From contig JBIQLL010000013.1 of NCBI GenBank assembly GCA_044464425.1, positions 648-64,647 of the forward strand: 64,000 nucleotides of DNA. Reading direction: 5' to 3'. This document shows positions 33,665-43,575 of the stretch, piece by piece (positions within the stretch are counted from its first letter, which is position 1; the number at the start of each line of letters is the position of its first letter). The notes beneath the pieces are model-generated. The model had not been told where the DNA came from. It searched no databases and saw only the letters and a program-made list of their open reading frames with translations. The stretch comes from Solirubrobacterales bacterium (lineage in GTDB: Bacteria; Actinomycetota; Thermoleophilia; Solirubrobacterales; 70-9). Made by a program: the position numbers and the translations under genes.

Positions 33665-34534
33665 ATGGGAACGCTTGACGGACGCATCGCGGTGATCACC
33701 GGTGCCGGTCGTGGCATCGGTCGTGAGCACGCGCTGCTTTTCTCGCGGGAGGGTGCCAGGGTCGTGATCAACGACCTTGGCGGCGCCAACGACGGCTCCG
33801 GAGCCGACGCCGGCCCGGCCCAGGAAGTGGTGGACGAGATCCTCGCCGCGGGGGGCGAAGCGGTCGCCAACACCGACGACATCTCCACCTGGAGGGGCGC
33901 ATCCGGTCTGATCGATCAAGCCGTCAAGGAGTTCGGCGGGCTCGACGTGGTGGTCAACAACGCCGGCATCCTGCGGGACGCCTTCGTTGCCTCGCTCGAT
34001 GAGGATGACTGGGACGCGGTCGTCGATGTTCACCTGAAGGGCCACGTCGCGGTTCTGAGACACGCCGCGGCCTACTGGAAGGATCGCTCGAAGGCGGGTG
34101 AGCAGCCGAACGCCGCCGTGATCAACACCGCCTCTGCTTCCGGCGTGACCGTGCCGAACGCCGGGCAGGTCAACTATGGCGCGGCCAAGGCCGGCATCGC
34201 GGCGATGACCCAGGTCGCGGCCCAGGAGCTGGAGCGTTACGGCGCCCGGGTCAACGCGATCGCGCCGATCGCCCGGACCCGCCTCACGCTCGCCACTCCG
34301 GGCATGGGAGCCGTCTTCGCGGCCGGCGCGGAGGACGCGACCGGCCATGATCTCTTCGACCCCGCGAATATCTCGCCGCTGGTCGCCTGGCTGGCGAGCG
34401 CCGATTGCCCGGTCACCGGCAAGGTCTACGCGGTTCAAGGCGGTTCGATCCAGGAACTGGCCGGCTGGTCGGTCGAGAGATCGATCGAGTGCGAAGGCCT
34501 CTGGCAGATCGACGACATCGCGGCGAGGCTCTAG
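33665..34534 (+). CDS. SDR-family (3R)-hydroxyacyl-CoA dehydrogenase-like oxidoreductase
   Basis: VITGAGRGIGRE, NNAGI, YGAAKAG. Confidence 0.85.
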   Translation: MGTLDGRIAVITGAGRGIGREHALLFSREGARVVINDLGGANDGSGADAGPAQEVVDEILAAGGEAVANTDDISTWRGASGLIDQAVKEFGGLDVVVNNAGILRDAFVASLDEDDWDAVVDVHLKGHVAVLRHAAAYWKDRSKAGEQPNAAVINTASASGVTVPNAGQVNYGAAKAGIAAMTQVAAQELERYGARVNAIAPIARTRLTLATPGMGAVFAAGAEDATGHDLFDPANISPLVAWLASADCPVTGKVYAVQGGSIQELAGWSVERSIECEGLWQIDDIAARL

Positions 34535-34536
34535 GC

Positions 34537-35715
34537 ATGGAGATTCCAGCCAGCGCCGCGAAGGTCATTGGCGAGCGCACGCTCTTCGAGCACGAGCACG
34601 AGGATTACCGGGAGAGCTTCCGCCGCTTCCTGCAGGCCGAGGTTGTGCCGCAGTATCCGGGATGGGAGCGGAACCAGCTGGTTCCCAGAAGCTTGTTCAG
34701 TCACTGCGCCGAGTACGGCTTCCTGGCGATGGAGGTGCCGGAGGAGTTCGGCGGTCCCGGGGTCGACGACTGGCGCTTCAACGTGGTCCTGGCCGAGGAG
34801 TCGGTCTGGGCCGGGGTCTCCGACGCGATGGCCGGTCCCCTGCTCCACTCCGACGTGGTGCTGCCGTACATCACCGCCTCGGCCGATCAGCAGCAGCGGC
34901 AGCGTTGGCTCCCGGGGATCGCCTCCGGCGAAAAGATCTTGGCGGTCGCGATGACCGAACCCGGCACCGGGTCGGACCTGGCGGCGATCGCCACCCGCGG
35001 CAAGAAGGACGGCGGCGAGTGGGTGATCAACGGGGCCAAGACCTTCATCACCAACGGCATCAACGCCGATCTGGTCGTGGTCGCGGTCCGCACCTCCGAC
35101 GACCCCCACGGTGGTCTCTCGCTCTTCGTGATCGAGGAGGGCATGCCCGGCTTCGACCGCGGCAAGCAGATCGAGAAGCTCGGCCAGCATGCCTCCGACA
35201 CGGCCGAGCTCTTCTTCAATGAGTGCCGGGTCCCGGCCGAGAACATGCTGGGCGAGGAGGGTTCCGGTTTCCTGCAGCTGGTCTCGCGGCTGGTCCCTGA
35301 GCGGCTGGTCCTCGCGGTCAGCTCGATGGCGGGCTGCGAGGCGGCGCTGGCCTGGACGATCGATTACGCGCTCGAGCGGGAGGCCTTCGGGCGGCCGATC
35401 GGCAAGTTCCAGCATTCCCGGTTCACGCTGGCCGAGCTGAGGACCGAGGTCGAGATCGGCCGCTGCTTCATCGACCGCTGCATCGAGCGCTTCATGGCCG
35501 GCACATGCACCGTCGAGGAGGCGGCGATGGCGAAGTGGTGGACCACGGAGCTGCTGGGCAAGGTGACGGACGCCGGGGTCCAGCTCCACGGCGGCTACGG
35601 CTACACGACCGAGTTCCCGATCGGCAAGGCCTGGGTCGACGCCCGGGTCAGCCGGATCTACGCGGGGACCAACGAGATCATGAAGGAGCTGATCGGCAAG
35701 ACGATGGGGCTCTGA
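34537..35715 (+). CDS. Acyl-CoA dehydrogenase
   Basis: MTEPGTGSDLAAI...WVINGAKTFITNG...GGYGYTTEFPIGKAWVDARV. ATG at 34537 lies 3 nt after the SDR stop. Confidence 0.9.
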   Translation: MEIPASAAKVIGERTLFEHEHEDYRESFRRFLQAEVVPQYPGWERNQLVPRSLFSHCAEYGFLAMEVPEEFGGPGVDDWRFNVVLAEESVWAGVSDAMAGPLLHSDVVLPYITASADQQQRQRWLPGIASGEKILAVAMTEPGTGSDLAAIATRGKKDGGEWVINGAKTFITNGINADLVVVAVRTSDDPHGGLSLFVIEEGMPGFDRGKQIEKLGQHASDTAELFFNECRVPAENMLGEEGSGFLQLVSRLVPERLVLAVSSMAGCEAALAWTIDYALEREAFGRPIGKFQHSRFTLAELRTEVEIGRCFIDRCIERFMAGTCTVEEAAMAKWWTTELLGKVTDAGVQLHGGYGYTTEFPIGKAWVDARVSRIYAGTNEIMKELIGKTMGL

Positions 35716-35739
35716 GGTCCCATCGGGACGAGCTCCTCT

Positions 35740-36858
35740 TCACCTCGTCGCGCAGGGCATCGCGGTGCCCTTCTTCGTGAATCGTTTGAAGAAGTCCCAG
35801 GAGAGCTCGGCCCCGTTCGGGCCCTTCGGGTCGGTGAAGTTCGCGTAGGCCGGGTTCGTGGTGCCGCCGGGCCAGAAGTGATTCATCCCGTGCACCAGGA
35901 CGCGTCGGCCGATCAGGCAGCCTTTCGGGTCCCGATAGTTCGTGATCGTCGACGGGTAGCCGTCCGGCTGGCCCGCGGGCAGCTCCCGGCTCCCGGCGGC
36001 GCTCAGGGAGATCGGCGACTCCTGGCTCGTTCCCAGCACCAGGTTGTTGGTCCGCAACCCCTGGTCGAAGGCCTTGTCGGCACAGGCCGGGGGGATGGCC
36101 TGATCGGCGTCGCCGCCCATGACCAGACGAGGCACGATCCGGGCGTGCGGGCCCATCTCGGCGCGGGCCATCGCCGCGCTCTCTTCCGCGGTCATCGGGC
36201 TGTTGGAGCCGACGCAGGCGACATCGCCATAGGCACCCCCGGCGTTGATGCCGACCGCGGTGAACAGATCCGGATAGGTCGCGGCCATGATCGAGGTCAT
36301 GAAGCCACCGGAAGACATTCCCATCAGGTAGACGCGCTGCCGGTCGATCTTCCGCCGCTTGAAGATCTGGCGCACGATTCCGGCTACGTGCGACGGCTCG
36401 AGCGAGTCGCGCTGCAGGTTGCCGGAGTCGAACCAGCGCCAGCATTGCCTGAGCGGGCCGGGTGCGTCGGCACCCTGCTGATCCACGTCGGGGTAGGCGA
36501 CGATGAAGCGCTTCCGGCCGGCCAGCCGGTTGTAGAGGTTCGCGTGCATCTGCTCGGCCGCCGTGGTCTGGCAGCCGTGGATCATGACCAGCAGCGGCGC
36601 CTTGCGGATCCGGTGCCGACGGTCACGCCGGTAGTAGGACCTCGGAGTCCAGAGCAGATACCGGTTGGCTGTCGCTCCCGAGCCGTAGGCGAGCGATCTG
36701 AGGTTGGCCTCCGGCGCCGGCTTCCGCTTGACCGGCTTGGCCGGCGCGGTCGCCGCGAACGCGAATGCCAGCAGGCAGCCGAGCGCGATCGTGGCGATCA
36801 GCCGGCCGCGAATGGACAGGTCAGCCCTCAGTCCCCTGCTGGGGTCCTTCTCCTCCAT
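35740..36858 (-). CDS. Secreted PHB-depolymerase-family esterase
   Basis: PLLVMIHGCQTTAAEQ...CWRWF...YLMGMSSGGFM. N-terminal hydrophobic signal. Confidence 0.8.
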   Translation of the reverse strand: MEEKDPSRGLRADLSIRGRLIATIALGCLLAFAFAATAPAKPVKRKPAPEANLRSLAYGSGATANRYLLWTPRSYYRRDRRHRIRKAPLLVMIHGCQTTAAEQMHANLYNRLAGRKRFIVAYPDVDQQGADAPGPLRQCWRWFDSGNLQRDSLEPSHVAGIVRQIFKRRKIDRQRVYLMGMSSGGFMTSIMAATYPDLFTAVGINAGGAYGDVACVGSNSPMTAEESAAMARAEMGPHARIVPRLVMGGDADQAIPPACADKAFDQGLRTNNLVLGTSQESPISLSAAGSRELPAGQPDGYPSTITNYRDPKGCLIGRRVLVHGMNHFWPGGTTNPAYANFTDPKGPNGAELSWDFFKRFTKKGTAMPCATR

Positions 36859-36901
36859 GTGGCCAAGCTAGCAGGGCTGATCGAGTATATCTACCCTCTT
36901 G

Positions 36902-36928
36902 CTTTTATCTTCGCATTCGCAGATAAGT
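36902..36928 (-). promoter_or_regulatory. Candidate promoter ACTTATCTGC-N11-TAAAAG (minus strand) upstream of the PHB-depolymerase-family esterase
   Basis: The 10-mer is identical to 31041-31050 and has the same 11-nt spacing to a -10-like hexamer. Confidence 0.4.
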
Positions 36929-36945
36929 ACTATGTGCGGCTCGGG

Positions 36946-37560
36946 TCAACCCTTGAGGATCTGGATCAGGTGCTCGCGAGCCTGGCCCCAGCGCTTGGCC
37001 AGCGTCCGGCTGCTGACCCCGTGGCTCACTCGCAGCAGGCCGAGCCCTCGCATCGTGGCCAGGGCAAAGATCAGGTCGTCCGCGAACCCGGGGCGCTTGG
37101 CGGCCTCGCCCAGTGCGGATTCCGCCTCCCGGGCGATCGCGGTGGCCACGTCGCGCTCCATCCGCAGCAGCGTCTCGCGCAGCTCGGGTTCGGTGCGGGA
37201 AGCGACCCACATCTCGAGAGCCGCGTCGAAGACCGGTCCTTGCACCTCGTCCCAGATCGCGTCGAGGCCTTCTTCGATCGAGACCTGCTTGCCGGCGAAA
37301 CGCTCGTGAGCGGCGGCGATCCGCAGCTCGGACAGGTGGGTCACGGCAGCCCCCATCAGCTCGGTCCGGCTGCGGAAGTACGGGGTCTGCGCGCCTCGCG
37401 AGACACCTGCCAGCTCGGCGATTCGGCCGGTCGTGGACTTCGCGTAGCCGTAAGTGATCAGCGACTCGATCGTTGCGTCGAGCAGCGCCGCCCGCGTCTC
37501 CGCGCGACGTTCAGCCTGGGTTTTCGGACGAGGGCGGTCAGAGGACCGTGGCGAGGCCAT
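36946..37560 (-). CDS. TetR-family transcriptional regulator
   Basis: N-terminal HTH ALLDATIESLITYGYAKSTTGRIAELAGVSRGAQTPYF. Confidence 0.85.
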   Translation of the reverse strand: MASPRSSDRPRPKTQAERRAETRAALLDATIESLITYGYAKSTTGRIAELAGVSRGAQTPYFRSRTELMGAAVTHLSELRIAAAHERFAGKQVSIEEGLDAIWDEVQGPVFDAALEMWVASRTEPELRETLLRMERDVATAIAREAESALGEAAKRPGFADDLIFALATMRGLGLLRVSHGVSSRTLAKRWGQAREHLIQILKG

Positions 37561-37618
37561 GTCGGCACGATAGCCGCCGGCCGGGCGCCGGTGTCGCCTT
37601 GCCCACCGGAACAGGCTT

Positions 37619-40267
37619 TCAGCCGGATGGCAGGCGGCGCTTGAAGAAGGCCATCGCGTCCGCCTCGGCCGCGTCGACGATTCCGAGGTGGTCGATGCCC
37701 GGGTAGAGCCGGTAATCGATCCTGTCGCCCTTCGCCTCGAGCTCGCTCCTGAGAAGCTCGGTGTATACGGGGAAGGCCGTCGTGTCGGCGGAGCCCTGGG
37801 CCAGCATGACCGGGCCGTCGATCCTTACGGCTGGGTTCATCGCCCGGAGCGCCTTGTCCAGGGCGGCAGTGTCGGCGCCGGGTCGGATCAGGGTCGAGGG
37901 GGCCAACCCCCCGAAGCTGTCGGGCAGCGAGAGCGACGCCAGGCATTTCCGGTTTATCTGCGGATACAGAGACAGGGCGGGACCGGTCAGGATCTCGGCC
38001 GGCTCGAGGCTCGGCGAGGTGGTCACAGCGCCGGCGAGGATCAGGGCGGCGACGGCCGAAAGCGAGCTTGGCGAGGTGAGCGACGGCAGCAGGTTCTTCT
38101 GCTCGAGGAGATGGGAGCCGGGCGCGTAGGAGATGGCTCCGCGCAGTCTCAGATCCGGGGTCCAGCTGCCAGCAAGGCTGGCCGCGAAGAGGGCCGCCTG
38201 ACCGCCCTGGGAGACGCCGGTGATGATGAATCTGCGGCCGATCGAGGGGTCGAGTTGACGGGCGGCGCGAACGATGTCGAGCACGCTTCGTCCCGCGGCG
38301 GAGCCGACCAGATAGGGGTGGACACCGGGGGTGCCGAGACCCTGGTAATCGGTGCTGGCCACGGCATACCCGGCGGCGACCCAGGTTCGGATGAACGGCT
38401 CCGGGGGGCCATGGCCGAGGCTGCGCGACGGTGCACAGGTGTCGGCGATGCCGGTGGTGCCGTGGGCCCAGGTGATCACCGGCCAGCCGCCTCGCGGCGC
38501 CTTCCCCCGAGGAACCGAGACGTAACCCGATACCGCGGTCTTCTTGCCCTGCGGTGTGGTCGACGTGTACAGCACCCGACGGGTGGACCTGACCCCCGGG
38601 ACGGCCTTGCTCGGGGCGGTTCGGCGTGACCAGATCAGCTTCCCGTGCCCGTTCGGCAGCTTCCTCGGCGGCTTGTAGAAGGCGAGTCCGGCCGGGCCGC
38701 TTGTCGAGATGGGATGCTTCGAGCGGAACCTGGCGCTGACCTTGACCAGGTGACCGTAGGTATCGCGACCCGAGATCACGACCCGTCTCGGGTTGCCCCG
38801 GATCCCCAAGGTCAGGCACCGCACCCGCTGGGTGAGCCGGACCACGACGCGACGCTTGCCGACCCGGACCCTCGCTTTCGGCAGGGTTCCACCGATCGCC
38901 TTCGCGCATACCCGCACGCGACGCTTCTTGCGGGTGAGCTTCGTGATCTTCACGACCGCGTGTGGCTTCAGGCGGACCGTGGCGGACCCGAAGTCCCCGG
39001 AGGCGCCAGGTCGGTACTGCTGGATCGTGTGCGGGGCACCGAGATCGACCTCGAAGGTGACCCGCCCCTCCCGATCCGGCTTCAGCTTCCTGCCGCCCAC
39101 GTCAACCGCCTTCAGTCCCGAGTACCGGGCGGGGCTGGTCACGGTGGTCGTTCCCGAGCCCGCGAGCTTGAAGGCATCCTTGCCCGCCTCGACGGTCATG
39201 AACTCGAGCGCCCGCCGGGGGTCGGCGGTGATCTGCCATCCCCAGATCTCGAACTTCGGCTCGATCGTCCGGTAGTTGAAGCCGGCCGGCGCGGCCTCCG
39301 GGTTCGCGAAGTTGCGCTTGAAGACAGCCAGGGTGTCGAGCACCTCGCGGGTGAAGTTCTCGGGGGTGTGGCAGCCGTTCCCGTAGTCCTTCCAGAGATG
39401 CCCGATCCCCAGCTCGTCCAGCCTGCGGTTGAAGCTGACGCTGCCCTGGTAGACGCCGCCCTCGACCACGCAGGAGACCGCGTCGGCCGGATCGTCTCCC
39501 TCACCGATGGCTGGGTTCAGTACCCCGTTGGCGGTCCGGACCTGGAGGTTCGTTCCCCGCAGGTTCGAGGCGAGGTCGGTCGGGTTTCGTCCGTGCCAGC
39601 GGACCGCCTCGGTCAGGCGGGGGCCGTTGATCGCGTCAACCGCACTGCCGTCAAGGCTCGAGCCGAGCGAGAGGGCCCCGGCGATCAGCGGGTTGTTGGT
39701 GTCAACCGCGCCGGAAAGGGTCGCGGCCGAGCCGAACAGGTCCGGGTGCCGGGCGGCCAGCATCATCGCTCCGTAGCCGCCCATCGAGATGCCGAAGATG
39801 GCGCGGTGGGAACGGTCGGGGATCGTGCGGTAACGGTCGTCGATCAGGTCGGCCAGTTGATCGATGACGAAGGTCTCGTACTCGGGTGGACCGCCTCTTC
39901 CGGCGTTGTACCAGTCACTCCAGAAGCCGCTGTTGCCATCCGGGGAGACGATGATCGACGGGTAGTCCGCCGAGAGCCTCTCACCGTCGAGGAAGTCGGC
40001 GAACGAGTCGTAGTTGTTCTGCATGCCCGCCAGGATGTAGGTGACGGGCCAATTTCGGGAAGAGTCGGCGGCGTAGCCGGACGGCAGGAAAACGTGGAGC
40101 TTCGTCGGCTCGGCGAACGCGTCGGTTTCGACGGTGAGCTCGTGCAGGCGATCGGAAACCTTCGTGTCATCCACGACCGTCGCGCCCGAGGCGTGGCCGG
40201 CGGAGGCCAGCGTCGCCGTGATCAGTGCGACCGCCGCGATGCCGGCCAGGTTCCTGATTCGTCTCAT
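37619..40267 (-). CDS. Secreted two-domain hydrolase: N-terminal esterase-D/Ag85-like domain, internal basic beta-module, C-terminal LIP-type secretory lipase domain
   Basis: Signal peptide MRRIRNLAGIAAVALITATLASA. GISMGG elbow. Internal VRLKPHAVVKITKLTRKKRRVRV. C-terminal WAHGTTGIADTCAPS...TDYQGLG...GVSQGGQAALFAA. Confidence 0.75.
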   Translation of the reverse strand: MRRIRNLAGIAAVALITATLASAGHASGATVVDDTKVSDRLHELTVETDAFAEPTKLHVFLPSGYAADSSRNWPVTYILAGMQNNYDSFADFLDGERLSADYPSIIVSPDGNSGFWSDWYNAGRGGPPEYETFVIDQLADLIDDRYRTIPDRSHRAIFGISMGGYGAMMLAARHPDLFGSAATLSGAVDTNNPLIAGALSLGSSLDGSAVDAINGPRLTEAVRWHGRNPTDLASNLRGTNLQVRTANGVLNPAIGEGDDPADAVSCVVEGGVYQGSVSFNRRLDELGIGHLWKDYGNGCHTPENFTREVLDTLAVFKRNFANPEAAPAGFNYRTIEPKFEIWGWQITADPRRALEFMTVEAGKDAFKLAGSGTTTVTSPARYSGLKAVDVGGRKLKPDREGRVTFEVDLGAPHTIQQYRPGASGDFGSATVRLKPHAVVKITKLTRKKRRVRVCAKAIGGTLPKARVRVGKRRVVVRLTQRVRCLTLGIRGNPRRVVISGRDTYGHLVKVSARFRSKHPISTSGPAGLAFYKPPRKLPNGHGKLIWSRRTAPSKAVPGVRSTRRVLYTSTTPQGKKTAVSGYVSVPRGKAPRGGWPVITWAHGTTGIADTCAPSRSLGHGPPEPFIRTWVAAGYAVASTDYQGLGTPGVHPYLVGSAAGRSVLDIVRAARQLDPSIGRRFIITGVSQGGQAALFAASLAGSWTPDLRLRGAISYAPGSHLLEQKNLLPSLTSPSSLSAVAALILAGAVTTSPSLEPAEILTGPALSLYPQINRKCLASLSLPDSFGGLAPSTLIRPGADTAALDKALRAMNPAVRIDGPVMLAQGSADTTAFPVYTELLRSELEAKGDRIDYRLYPGIDHLGIVDAAEADAMAFFKRRLPSG

Positions 40268-40379
40268 CGTCCCTCCGCTCGACTCAACAGTTCGTGCACA
40301 GTAGCAGTTATTTGCGGACCTGCATATATGTTGGGAAGGGGCGGTCGGTGAGCCGGGAGCTTCAGCCCGCGCTTCTGTT

Positions 40380-43300
40380 TCAGTCGACCCGGGCTACCGA
40401 GATTCGGAGGGGTCGGCCTTCGATCGTGACCTCGGGGGTGCCCGGGGCGGCGGCCTCGGCGGTGTCACCGCCCAGCTCGATCGAGCGGGCCAGGACCTCA
40501 CCCGTCACGTAGCCCTCATGGGCCGCGGCTGCGTCGAGCAGCTCCCCGTCACCGGAGAGTGACAGCGCGATCCGGTCCGTTATCTGCAGACCGGCGTCCT
40601 TGCGGGCGTTCTGGACCGCGTGGACGATCTCGCGGGCGAGGCCCTCGCGGATCAGGTCTTCATCGAGCTCGAGGGCGAGCGCGACCGCGTGGCCGGACTC
40701 GGCCTCCACCTGGTAGCCCTCGAGCGGCTCCATGCTCATCAGGAGGTCGTCGGCGGCCAGGGTGTGATCACGGCCGTCGACCGAGATCCCGATCTCGCCG
40801 CCCGCCTCGACCGTAGTCGCGACATGGGCCGGATCGAGACCCGCCACCGCGGCCGCCACGTGCGGCATCGACTTGCCGAAGCGCGGGCCGAGCGTGCGGT
40901 AGTTCGGCTTGACCGAGTAGCTGACCAGATCGGACTGGTCGGTCACGAACTCCAGCTCCTTGACGTTGAGCTCGCGCTTGATCAGCTCGGCCTGGGTGGA
41001 GATCGCCTCACGCTCGGCATCGGTGGCCACGACCACCGCCCGGGCCAGCGGCTGGCGGACCTTGGCCTTGGCCTGGGCGCGGGAGGCCCGGCCGAGCTCG
41101 ACCGTCTGGCGGGTCGCGGCCATCGCCGCCTCGAGCGCCTCGTCGCGGAGCGCGGGCGCCGCGGCGGGGAAGTCCCGCAGGTGGACCGAGTCCGGCAGCG
41201 GGCCGAACTCCTGGCCGGCGCCACCGACCAGGTTCTGGTGGATCTCCTCGGCGATGAACGGGGTGAACGGGGCGAGCAGCGCCGCGACCTCGACCAGGCA
41301 GTGGCGCAGGGTCGCGAAGGCGGCGGCATCGCCCTCCCAGAACCGACGACGCGAGAGGCGCACGTACCAGTTGGAGAGCTCCTCGACGTACTCGGCGATC
41401 GCCCGTCCGGCGGCGGTGCAGTCGAACTCGTCCAGCTTCGCGGTGACTTCCGCGACCGTCGCCTGCAGCCGTGAGACCGCCCAGCGGTCGAGGCCGGTCG
41501 GTTCGGCGGCCGGGCCCGGTGCGGCAGCGGCGTCGATGCCCTCGGCGTTCGCGTAGAGCACCCAGAACGAGTAGGTGTTCCAGAGGGTGAGCAGGAAGGA
41601 GCGCAGCGCCTCCGAGATCGCCTCGGTCGAGAAACGGTATCCGGCCCAGGGCTGCTGGGAGGTGAACAGGTACCAGCGGAAGGCGTCGGCCCCGAACTCG
41701 TCGAGCACGTCCCAGGGGGAGACCGCGTTGCCCCTCGACTTCGACATCTTCTGGCCTTCGCCGTCGAGGATCAGGCCGAGGCAGACGCAGTTCAGGTAAC
41801 TCGGCTGGTCGAAGAGCAGGGTCGATTCGGCCAGCAGCGTGTAGAACCAGCCACGGGTCTGATCGATCGCCTCGCAGATGTAATCGGCCGGGAATCGTTC
41901 CTCGAACTCGTCGGCGCCCTCGAACGGGTAGTGGAACTGGGCGAAGGGCATCGCGCCCGAGTCGTACCAGGTGTCGATCACGCTGACCACGCGTTTCATC
42001 TCGCCACCGCACTCGCAGGCCCAGGTGACCTCGTCGATGTAGGGGCGATGCAGATCCTCGGGCACGGCGCCGGCCTTCTCCTTCAGGTCCTCGATCGAAC
42101 CGGCGCAGAAGGACTCATCACAGGCCGGGTCCGAACACTCCCAGATCGGCAGCGGCGTGCCCCAGTAACGGTCCCGGGAGAGGGCCCAGTCGACGTTGTT
42201 CTCCAGCCAGCGCCCGAAGCGGCCGTCCCGGATGTGTTCGGGATGCCAGCCGATCTTCTGGTTGCCGGCCAGCATCTCCTGACGGGCCTCGGAAGTCTTG
42301 ATGTACCAGCTCGCCTTGGCGTAATAGAGCAGCGGAGTGCCGCAGCGCCAGCAGTGTGGATAGGCGTGCTCGTAATCGCTGGAACGGAAGAGCCGGCCCT
42401 TTGCGCGAAGGTGCTCGATCAGCCGTTCGGTGACCTCCGGGTCCTTGACGAAGTCACCCGCGAAGCCGGTGACGCGACCGTCGAAGCGGCCGTCGAGCCC
42501 GACCGGGTTGAAGAGCGTGCCTTCGGCGCCGGTGGCGGCCGGGTCATAGAGGCCGCTCGCGATCGCGGCCCGGTAATCGTCCTCGCCGAAGGCCGGCGCG
42601 ACGTGAACCAGGCCGGTGCCGTCATCGGTCGTGACGAAATCCCCGCCGATGACCACGAACCGGCCGGAGTTCTCGGCCATGCCCGGGAAGGGTTCCTCGT
42701 ACTGGCTGCCGATCAGCTCGGTGCCCTCGAAGGTCCGGCTGGCGGTGACCCCTTCGCCGAGCACCTTCTCGATCAGCCCCTCGGCCAGGATCAGCCTCTC
42801 GCCCTCGAACTCGACCTCGGCGTAGGTCACGTCGGGCGCGACCGCGACCGCGTAGTTGCCGGGCAGGGTCCACGGGGTCGTGGTCCAGATCAAGAGCGAG
42901 GCATCGCGATCCTTCAGCGGGAAGCGCACGTAGACCGAAGGGTCGATCACGTCCTTGTAACCCTGGGCGACCTCGTGCGAGGAGAGGGCGGTGCCGCAGC
43001 GCGGACAGTACGGCGAGACCCGGTGGCCCTCGTAGAGCCGGTCGGATTCGTAGAGCTCCTTCAGCGACCACCAGACCGACTCGATGTACTTGGAGTCCAT
43101 GGTCACGTACGGGTCGTCGAGGTCGATCCAGAACCCGATCCGCTCGGTCAGCCGGTTCCACTCCTCGACGTAGGTGAAGACCGATTCGCGGCAGAGCTGG
43201 TTGAACTTCTCGATCCCGTACTCCTCGATCTCCCGCTTGGAGGAGATCCCGAGCTGCTTCTCGACCTCGAGCTCGACCGGCAGCCCGTGGCAGTCCCAGC

Positions 43301-43559
43301 CGGCCTTGCGCGGCACCCGGTACCCGCGCATCGCGCGGTAGCGGGGATAGATGTCCTTGAAGACCCGGCTGAGCACGTGGTGCGAACCGGGCCGACCGTT
43401 GGCGGTGGGAGGCCCCTCGTAGAAGCTCCACACCTCGGCGCCCTCGCGCTGTTCCAACTGACGTTCGAAAACCCGGTCTTCCTTCCAGCCGGCGTTGATC
43501 CTCTCCTCCATCTGGGGAAAGGACTGCTTCGGATCGACCGGCTTGAAAGGGAGCGTCAT
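40380..43559 (-). CDS. ileS: Isoleucine--tRNA ligase
   Basis: PPTANGRPGSHH (HIGH-like), KMSKSRGN, 1059 aa with class I editing-domain colinearity. Confidence 0.95.
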   Translation of the reverse strand: MTLPFKPVDPKQSFPQMEERINAGWKEDRVFERQLEQREGAEVWSFYEGPPTANGRPGSHHVLSRVFKDIYPRYRAMRGYRVPRKAGWDCHGLPVELEVEKQLGISSKREIEEYGIEKFNQLCRESVFTYVEEWNRLTERIGFWIDLDDPYVTMDSKYIESVWWSLKELYESDRLYEGHRVSPYCPRCGTALSSHEVAQGYKDVIDPSVYVRFPLKDRDASLLIWTTTPWTLPGNYAVAVAPDVTYAEVEFEGERLILAEGLIEKVLGEGVTASRTFEGTELIGSQYEEPFPGMAENSGRFVVIGGDFVTTDDGTGLVHVAPAFGEDDYRAAIASGLYDPAATGAEGTLFNPVGLDGRFDGRVTGFAGDFVKDPEVTERLIEHLRAKGRLFRSSDYEHAYPHCWRCGTPLLYYAKASWYIKTSEARQEMLAGNQKIGWHPEHIRDGRFGRWLENNVDWALSRDRYWGTPLPIWECSDPACDESFCAGSIEDLKEKAGAVPEDLHRPYIDEVTWACECGGEMKRVVSVIDTWYDSGAMPFAQFHYPFEGADEFEERFPADYICEAIDQTRGWFYTLLAESTLLFDQPSYLNCVCLGLILDGEGQKMSKSRGNAVSPWDVLDEFGADAFRWYLFTSQQPWAGYRFSTEAISEALRSFLLTLWNTYSFWVLYANAEGIDAAAAPGPAAEPTGLDRWAVSRLQATVAEVTAKLDEFDCTAAGRAIAEYVEELSNWYVRLSRRRFWEGDAAAFATLRHCLVEVAALLAPFTPFIAEEIHQNLVGGAGQEFGPLPDSVHLRDFPAAAPALRDEALEAAMAATRQTVELGRASRAQAKAKVRQPLARAVVVATDAEREAISTQAELIKRELNVKELEFVTDQSDLVSYSVKPNYRTLGPRFGKSMPHVAAAVAGLDPAHVATTVEAGGEIGISVDGRDHTLAADDLLMSMEPLEGYQVEAESGHAVALALELDEDLIREGLAREIVHAVQNARKDAGLQITDRIALSLSGDGELLDAAAAHEGYVTGEVLARSIELGGDTAEAAAPGTPEVTIEGRPLRISVARVD

Positions 43560-43575
43560 GGATGCCTGATGCTAT

